In this document: positions 6,946 through 12,271 of the stretch, one piece after another
Numbering within the stretch: the first letter of the stretch is position 1
Layout of the letters: each line of letters begins with the position of its first letter
NCBI GenBank assembly: GCA_965648905.1
Contig: CBFGIT010000052.1
Coordinates: forward strand, 1-12,271
Source: a candidate division WOR-3 bacterium
GTDB lineage: Bacteria; Hydrothermota; Tepidihabitantia; Tepidihabitantales; Tepidihabitantaceae
Reading direction: 5' to 3'
Length of the DNA stretch: 12,271 nt
Notes under the pieces: generated by a model
Database searches by the model: none
The model's input: only the letters and a program-made list of their open reading frames with translations
Told to the model about the DNA's origin: nothing
Translations under genes and position numbers: made by a program

Positions 6946-9900
6946 CTACTCGATGAGCGTGAGTTTGGCCGTATGTGTGCGGCCGCGCTCGTCAAGCCTG
7001 AGCAGGTAGACACCGGGCTCCAGAGCCGGCAGCGCGAGCTCCTTTGTGCCTTTGCCGCTGACCAGCGTTGACCAACAAAGCCGGCCGGTCGGGTCGAAGA
7101 GTTCAAGTCGGGCCGGGCCGCGTGCCCGGCAGCGCACCGTACCAGAGCCGGGTCTGGTCGGGTTTGCCGTCAGGAAGAGCGCGGCCGCGTCCCGGCGTGT
7201 TCCCGCAGTCATGACGCCGGTCTCCGAGACCTCAGGCGCCAGCATCACGCTCGGCTCGCGGTACGACCAGAACTCGTTGGTCTTTGCCCCTTTGAGCGCG
7301 TAGAACCAATCGGCGCAGTTGACGATGTCGCCGCCGGCTTTGACCTTGACTTTCTTGCCGGTCGAGCCGAACAGGGGAATCGTCTCGAGCTCGGTCCAGG
7401 TTCCGGTCGAGACCGTGAACTTGTAGAACTCCTGGGTTCCGCCGCCTTTGAGCGCGTAGATTGAGCCGCTGTGCCCGGCAGCGCTGCCGCCGTCTTTCGA
7501 CTTCTTGCTCTTGCCCGTATAACGGCTGACAAACGGCATCGTGTTCGACACCGACTGCCACGAACCGGTCGTAGTGTTGTAGTACTGGAACGCATGGGTT
7601 CGAGACTGCTGGGCGTAGATGCGGTCCTGCCCGCTGACGCAGAGCCAGGAACCGGCCTGCCACTTGTCGCCCGGAGCCGAGGTCAGGGGCTGCCACGTGC
7701 CCGAGCTTTCGCCGGTCACATGGTAGCGGTAGAACTCGTTGCTGACCCCCTTGAGCACGTAGATGCATTCTGAGTCGCCGTGCTGAACGTACGCGAGGTC
7801 GCTGCCGCCCTTGATTCGCTTACCGCCGCCCATGGGCACGTCGTCGAGCTGCAGCCAGGAGTTGCGGGCCGCAAAGTACTTGTGGAACCCGAGCGTGTTG
7901 TTCCCTTTGAGGACATAGACATGACCGCGACCGTCTGCGACTCCGACCGCGCCTTTGTAAGGCGGCTTGCCTTCGCGGCCGGCAGGAATCTGATTCAGGG
8001 TAGTCCAACTGGTGCTGCCTGGGTCGAACCGATAGAACTCGCCGGTCTTGTTGCCCTTGGCGCAGTAGATACCCTCGGCCAAGCTGCCGGCCAGCCATGC
8101 TCCGTCTTTGGCCGGCGTGCCCGGCACTGAAGGCGAAACCTCGTGCCAGCCAACTGCTGGGGCCTGGACACCAACCCGGAAGCTGCCGGACAGGGTGTTG
8201 TTGGCCGCAAACGTATCGGGCAGGAGATAGAGCGAACACTTTGCGGTCCACAACCCGGCGGTCGAGTCGAGCACGACCGGCCGGAACACGACCGCCGTCT
8301 CCTGGCCAATGACCATGTTCGCGATGTCAAGCGAGTCTGAGTAGAACCTTGTTCCGCCCGGCTTGGCCAGAAAGAACCAGGTGCGCACGTCGTACGGACG
8401 CTGAGCATAGTTGCACCGGATTCGGGCTCTGGGTTGCACCGTATCGAGCGGGTCAAGGTTGCCGACCGGGCTGAGGATTGCGGTCACCCCGAAGTCTGCG
8501 GCCTGGCCAACGGCAAAGTACCCGCGGCGCCAGTCATTGGCCGGGTTTTCGTCTCCGGGCGCCTTGGTCGAACAGACAACGGTCCACATGCCTTCAGCCA
8601 GACCGACATTGTAAGGCGGGAAGGTCACTCGCTGGCCGCCGGTCACCCATAACGACTCGCGGTACACCCGCTGGCCGAGCGGGTTGTGCAGGAAAGCATG
8701 GGCCCAGTATGACATCGGCGTTGAACCATAGACGCGCCAATCACCCGACGGTGTCACGTTACTGCCGGGTGCGACCCGTCCGGTCGGCGAGACAATCGCG
8801 GACATCGCCACGTCGCCGGATTGCAGGGTGCGCAGAATCAGCTTGCCGTAGCTCGCCGGCACACCGAACGAGTCCGCGGGCAGCTCGGGACGCCACCAGC
8901 CCTGACTGGCACGGCTGTGAACCGCGTGCAGCCAGATGCCGCATGTGTCACCAGCCGGGTTCAGGTTCAGTCGGTACGGCAGCGTGCCGATCGGAATCCG
9001 GGCCTCAAACACAAGGTAGCCGTTCAGCACGCCCGAAGCGCTGCTTGACCCGACAGCCGGCGATGGCTGACCCGGGCCGGCCGGAGTCCAGGGCCGGTAC
9101 AGCACCTCGTCGTACAGGCTGTCGTTAATCCGGATGTCGTGGTTGCCCTCGGAGAGATTAGTTTCCCATTGGCCGTTGTTGTTCTCATCGCAGTAGAACG
9201 CGACCAGGTCGAACGTATCGCGGAGCCTTGCCTGCGGCAGCCTGAACGCCATGTACATCCAGACGTCGTCGTGCTTGAAACAACCGAGCACACTGCCTGG
9301 TGATGAAGGGCCGGATAGCCAGCCCACGATGTTCGAGGCATCAAACTGATAGGCGTCGTCCCATTCGCCCGAGTCGATGTACCCGTCAATCGTCGGGCGG
9401 TTGGTCGTTCGGAACGAGAACAGGGTGTCGGTCGAAACCATCAGTGCCATTCGGGCCGTGTCATTGCGCGGCACCTGGTCGCCGGCCAGCAGCGTGTAGG
9501 CGGTCACCTGGTAGCCTTGCCAGAGTCCACCTTCCGGGGTCCAGTCTGAGTTCCAGACCGGGTTTGCGGTGTCGAAGGCCGGCAGCGAAGGAACGAGAAC
9601 CGCATCCTCGTAGACCAGCACTCCGGCTGATTCGACCTGGAAGAAGACCGGCAGGTCGAACTGGGGATTGGTCCCGTAGTTGACCACCGCGCAGCTCGGC
9701 GTGATGGTCACGCCCGGCTGGATTCGGGCGGTGGCCGGAGAAAGAACCCGGGCTACTCCGACGTCGTTGGCCGGCTGAATGACCTCAAAGTCATCGGCGA
9801 AGACCTTCGCCCACGGCCCGCCTCAGCCGCCCGCGGTCGTGTCAAACAGAGCAACCTCGACCCGCTGCACCAGAGCCGGATTGACACCGGGCAGATGCTG

Positions 9901-10383
9901 GGCCAGCTCGTCAGCAACGTTGAGCGAGTACCGGGCCCAGTCCGGGTTGGTCACTTCGATAAGGTGGAGTGTGCTGGACGATGTCCAGGTACAGTATTCG
10001 TTGTGATAGTAGAACCGGGTCTCGCCCAGCAGCGTGTTGGCCGCATTGTAGTAGCCAATGGTCACACTGGCAACCGGCCAGCAGGTCGAAGAGCCAGCGC
10101 CGATTTCGAACTTGGCCCAAAACGATATGCCGAGCACCGGACTCGATACGTTGACCCGCTGAGCCAGCCTGCGCCAGCCGGCACCGGAATAGAGCGAGTC
10201 GCGCGCTTCGTAGTCCGGGTCTGAGTGGTACCAGGTCTGGCGGTCGGTCAGCCCGTAGCCCGAGCCGCCTTGGGTGGCGGTCCAGCCGGTTGTCAGCGGC
10301 TGTTCAAAGTCTCCGTTCACCAGCAGATTCTGGCCGGCCGCCAGGCCGAGAAGTGCCGGGATGAGCAGCAGTCTTGCGAACAT
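6946..10383 (-). CDS. Secreted multidomain selenoprotein (1145 aa, UGA at codon 187): signal peptide, CBM-like domain, Ig/CARDB-like repeats, CBM9/DOMON-like domain, kelch-like propeller, T9SS-like C-terminal sorting domain
   Basis: GAGGAGG SD before ATG 10383 and signal peptide MFARLLLIPALLGLAAG, then NLLVNGDFE. The TGA at 9825-9823 is in frame with the 6946-9711 ORF, and the 37 intervening codons are open (GGPWAKVFADDFEVIQPANDVGVARVLSP...). Other motifs: three DVxVxxIxSP-type repeats, PTIDGYIDSGEW, repeated YxLKGxxTxEFYxY, and tail LEPGVYLLRL...KLTLIE. Confidence 0.85.
9796..9825 (-). promoter_or_regulatory. In-frame UGA plus bacterial SECIS-like hairpin
   Basis: The mRNA reads UGA-GGCGGGCCGUG (11 nt)-GGCGAAGGUCUUCGCC. 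The 11-nt spacing and apical AGGUCU are the same as in the E. coli fdhF SECIS. Confidence 0.8.
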
Positions 10384-10406
10384 CTGGCCTCCTCTTGCGA
10401 CAGCAT

Positions 10407-10435
10407 AGAATAGCCCGACCGCTCCCAATGGTCAA
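10407..10435 (-). promoter_or_regulatory. Sigma70-type promoter TTGACC-N17-TATTCT for the selenoprotein gene
   Basis: -35 at 10435-10430 and -10 at 10412-10407, upstream of the SD (10394-10388) and ATG 10383. Confidence 0.6.
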
Positions 10436-10461
10436 GCCGGGCAGGCGGGCGCGCTCGCAGG

Positions 10462-10532
10462 GACAGAAGGCAGACATCAGAATGCAGAAGGCAAGCTGGC
10501 GGATGGCAGAAGACGAGAGGCGAACGGCGAGA
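10462..10532 (+). repeat. Degenerate heptamer-periodic array between divergent promoters
   Basis: gacagaa|ggcagac|atcagaa|tgcagaa|ggcaagc(t)|ggcggat|ggcagaa|gacgaga|ggcgaac|ggcgaga. Confidence 0.75.
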
Positions 10533-10550
10533 AGCGCAGGACGCGCGGCC

Positions 10551-10578
10551 TTGACTGGCGCAAGTCTGGGACTAGTAT
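10551..10578 (+). promoter_or_regulatory. Sigma70-type promoter TTGACT-N16-TAGTAT; probable leaderless transcript starting at ATG 10586
   Basis: -35 at 10551-10556 and -10 at 10573-10578, with 7 nt to ATG 10586 and no SD. Confidence 0.6.
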
Positions 10579-10585
10579 GAGACCG

Positions 10586-11893
10586 ATGGCAGAACCACAG
10601 GTTGACTTTTCCGGCCGCGTGCTTGATGCCGGACTTGAGGCAGTGGACCGCATCGAGGTCGAGCGTCTGCGCCGCATCTTTGCGGCCAAAGAGCCGAGTT
10701 CGTCCCTGCTTGAGCTTTCCGACGAGCAGTTGCTCGAACGGCTCGGCGCTCTGGTCCGCAATGCCGACCTCAAGCTGACCCTTGCCGGCCTGCTGCTCGT
10801 CGGCCGGGAGGACGTGCTGCGCCGGCTCGTGCCCGGACACGAGGCAGTCTACCTGCACATGAAGTCGGACACCGAGTACGACCGAAGGGTAGACTCGGCC
10901 CGTCCCCTGCTCGCCGTGCTCGAGCAGTTCAGCCAGGCGGTCGAGCCGCACAACCGCATCTGCACCCTGAAGCTGGGCCTGTTCCACTTCGAGATTCCCG
11001 ACTTCCCGGAAGAGGTCTACCGCGAAGCCCTGCTCAACGCCTTCTGCCATCGGGACTACAGTTTGTCAAGTCCGGTCTATGTCCGCCATTTCCCGGACCG
11101 GCTCGAAATCGCCAGCCCGGGCGGGTTTGCCGGCGACGTGACCTGCAACAATATCCTCGGTCACGAGCCGGTGACGCGCAACCGGCTGCTTTCGGAAATC
11201 CTGCAGCGGATTAGACTGGTGGAGCGGGCCGGCATGGGGGTCAAGCGGATGTATCATATCCTGCTTTCCTACGGCAAGGAACCGCCGAGCTACGAAGCCG
11301 GAGCCGACTTTGTCCGCGTCACCCTGCGCAGCGGCCGGGCCGAGGCCGAGAAGCCAGGCCAAGAGTCAACCGGTCTGGACGACGCCTTTGCCCGGTTCGT
11401 AGTCAACCGGCAACAGGAAGGCCGGGAGTTGAACCTGCACGACCTGCTCGTCCTCACCTTTCTCAAACGCAACCGCGAAATCGACCTGTCTGAGGCTGAG
11501 CGGATTCTTCAGCGCGGCCCGGACGAAGCACGCGAGGCGCTCACTTCGATGGTCCTGCGCGGCCTGCTCGAGCCTTTCGGCCAGAAGAAAGGCCGGGTCT
11601 ACCGCCTGTCCAAGGCGACCTATAACCAGCTCAAGAAGAGCATCAGCTATGCTCTATTCCGCCGGGCTGAGGCCGCATTTGCCGAGACGACCATCCTAGC
11701 CTACTTTGACGAGCTGACCAGCCCGCCTGAGACCAGGTTCATCACCAACGAGATTGTCCGCACGCTCCTGCGTTGCAGCCCGTCCCAGTCGAGCTACCTG
11801 CTCGCCGGGCTGGTGCGCAAAGGCCGGCTGGTGCTCCAGGGCAAAGGTCGGGCTGCCCGATACTACAAGTCCTCCCAGCTCTCCGCATTCTAG
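10586..11893 (+). CDS. ATP-binding protein with a RecG C-terminal-like (HATPase_c_4) domain and C-terminal winged-HTH domain(s), 435 aa
   Basis: Motifs LTLAGLLLVG, FPEEVYREALLNAFCHRDYS, DRLEIASPGG, RNRLL, LVERAGMGV, and HTH wing LVLQGKGRAARY. Start 10586 is preferred because ATG 10577 lies inside the -10 box. Confidence 0.88.
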   Translation: MAEPQVDFSGRVLDAGLEAVDRIEVERLRRIFAAKEPSSSLLELSDEQLLERLGALVRNADLKLTLAGLLLVGREDVLRRLVPGHEAVYLHMKSDTEYDRRVDSARPLLAVLEQFSQAVEPHNRICTLKLGLFHFEIPDFPEEVYREALLNAFCHRDYSLSSPVYVRHFPDRLEIASPGGFAGDVTCNNILGHEPVTRNRLLSEILQRIRLVERAGMGVKRMYHILLSYGKEPPSYEAGADFVRVTLRSGRAEAEKPGQESTGLDDAFARFVVNRQQEGRELNLHDLLVLTFLKRNREIDLSEAERILQRGPDEAREALTSMVLRGLLEPFGQKKGRVYRLSKATYNQLKKSISYALFRRAEAAFAETTILAYFDELTSPPETRFITNEIVRTLLRCSPSQSSYLLAGLVRKGRLVLQGKGRAARYYKSSQLSAF

Positions 11894-11898
11894 CCCTT

Positions 11899-11929
11899 AA
11901 GAAAACCCTCCCTGCCTCAGCAGGGAGGG
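11899..11929 (-). terminator. Rho-independent terminator between convergent genes
   Basis: Perfect 10-bp stem ccctccctgc/gcagggaggg with a 4-nt loop, followed by TTTTCTT on the minus strand. Confidence 0.75.
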
Positions 11930-11946
11930 CAAGTGCTTCGCTCCGG

Positions 11947-12100
11947 CTACTTGATATTCACCTCGGCCAACTCAGAATGGGAGACCATGTGATAGGTCAT
12001 CGCGTCCCACTCGTAGTGCATCTTGACCTGACCGATGCCGGGTGCAAACCACGTGTCGACGTGCATCGTGTCTCCGCCGTAGGTACTCGTCGACTCGCTC
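11947..12100 (-). pseudogene. 3' fragment of a beta-rich hypothetical protein (TWFAPGIGQVK-type C-terminus)
   Basis: The C-terminal part looks like a real protein end. Upstream, the frame becomes implausible, hits TAA at 12249-12247 and is overlaid by a promoter-like sequence. Confidence 0.5.
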
Positions 12101-12101
12101 A

Positions 12102-12129
12102 AGTGTAACGTCGTGACCAACGCTGTCAA
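12102..12129 (-). promoter_or_regulatory. Sigma70-type promoter TTGACA-N16-TACACT
   Basis: -35 at 12129-12124 and -10 at 12107-12102; near-consensus. Confidence 0.5.
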
Positions 12130-12271
12130 CGACTCACCGGGCGGGTGTGATAGCACAGCGATAATGTCATAGGGTAATGGCACAAGGAAAATGTCAGTCT
12201 TGACAAAGGTGATGCAGTTGCTGGCCGGCACGCTATGATGACCGCATTATGGATGAATCACCAATTCTGCT

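Noticed and set aside
9823..9825. Genome-wide UGA reassignment (genetic code 4 or 25)
   Set aside because: The RM gene ends at TGA right after its family-typical C-terminus, the other long genes need no UGA readthrough, and a SECIS-like hairpin explains this case.
10304..11050. 248-aa minus-strand ORF and other short overlapping ORFs in the track
   Set aside because: They are antisense or out-of-frame overlaps of better-supported genes, with no motifs or translation signals.
12124..12135. TGTCAACGAC as an IS end (IS21-like or IS200/IS605-like)
   Set aside because: No transposase or partner end is visible, and it is equally explained as the -35 box of a minus-strand promoter.

Overview
GC-rich bacterial DNA. 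The large secreted protein (Ig-like repeats, a KGNKT/KGNNT-type propeller, a T9SS-like tail) suggests candidate phylum WOR-3 or a relative; this is inference only. The left end (13-2838, +) is a four-gene module: two paralogous small helical proteins flank an ECF sigma factor and an overlapping gene with a Panacea/SocA/YwgA-like C-terminal domain. By eye, both paralogues resemble the SIRV2-type major capsid protein of archaeal filamentous viruses (Adnaviria). A solitary type IIG restriction-modification gene (3073-6771, -) is bracketed by identical 34-bp hairpin direct repeats. Two ORFs in the track (6946-9711 and 9823-10428, -) appear to be one 1145-aa secreted selenoprotein, joined at an in-frame UGA that is followed 11 nt later by an fdhF-like SECIS hairpin. 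The right end holds a RecG-C/HATPase_c_4-HTH gene lacking the usual AlbA_2 domain and a 3' gene fragment. Several intergenic regions carry a related 7-bp-periodic repeat, and several genes appear leaderless.
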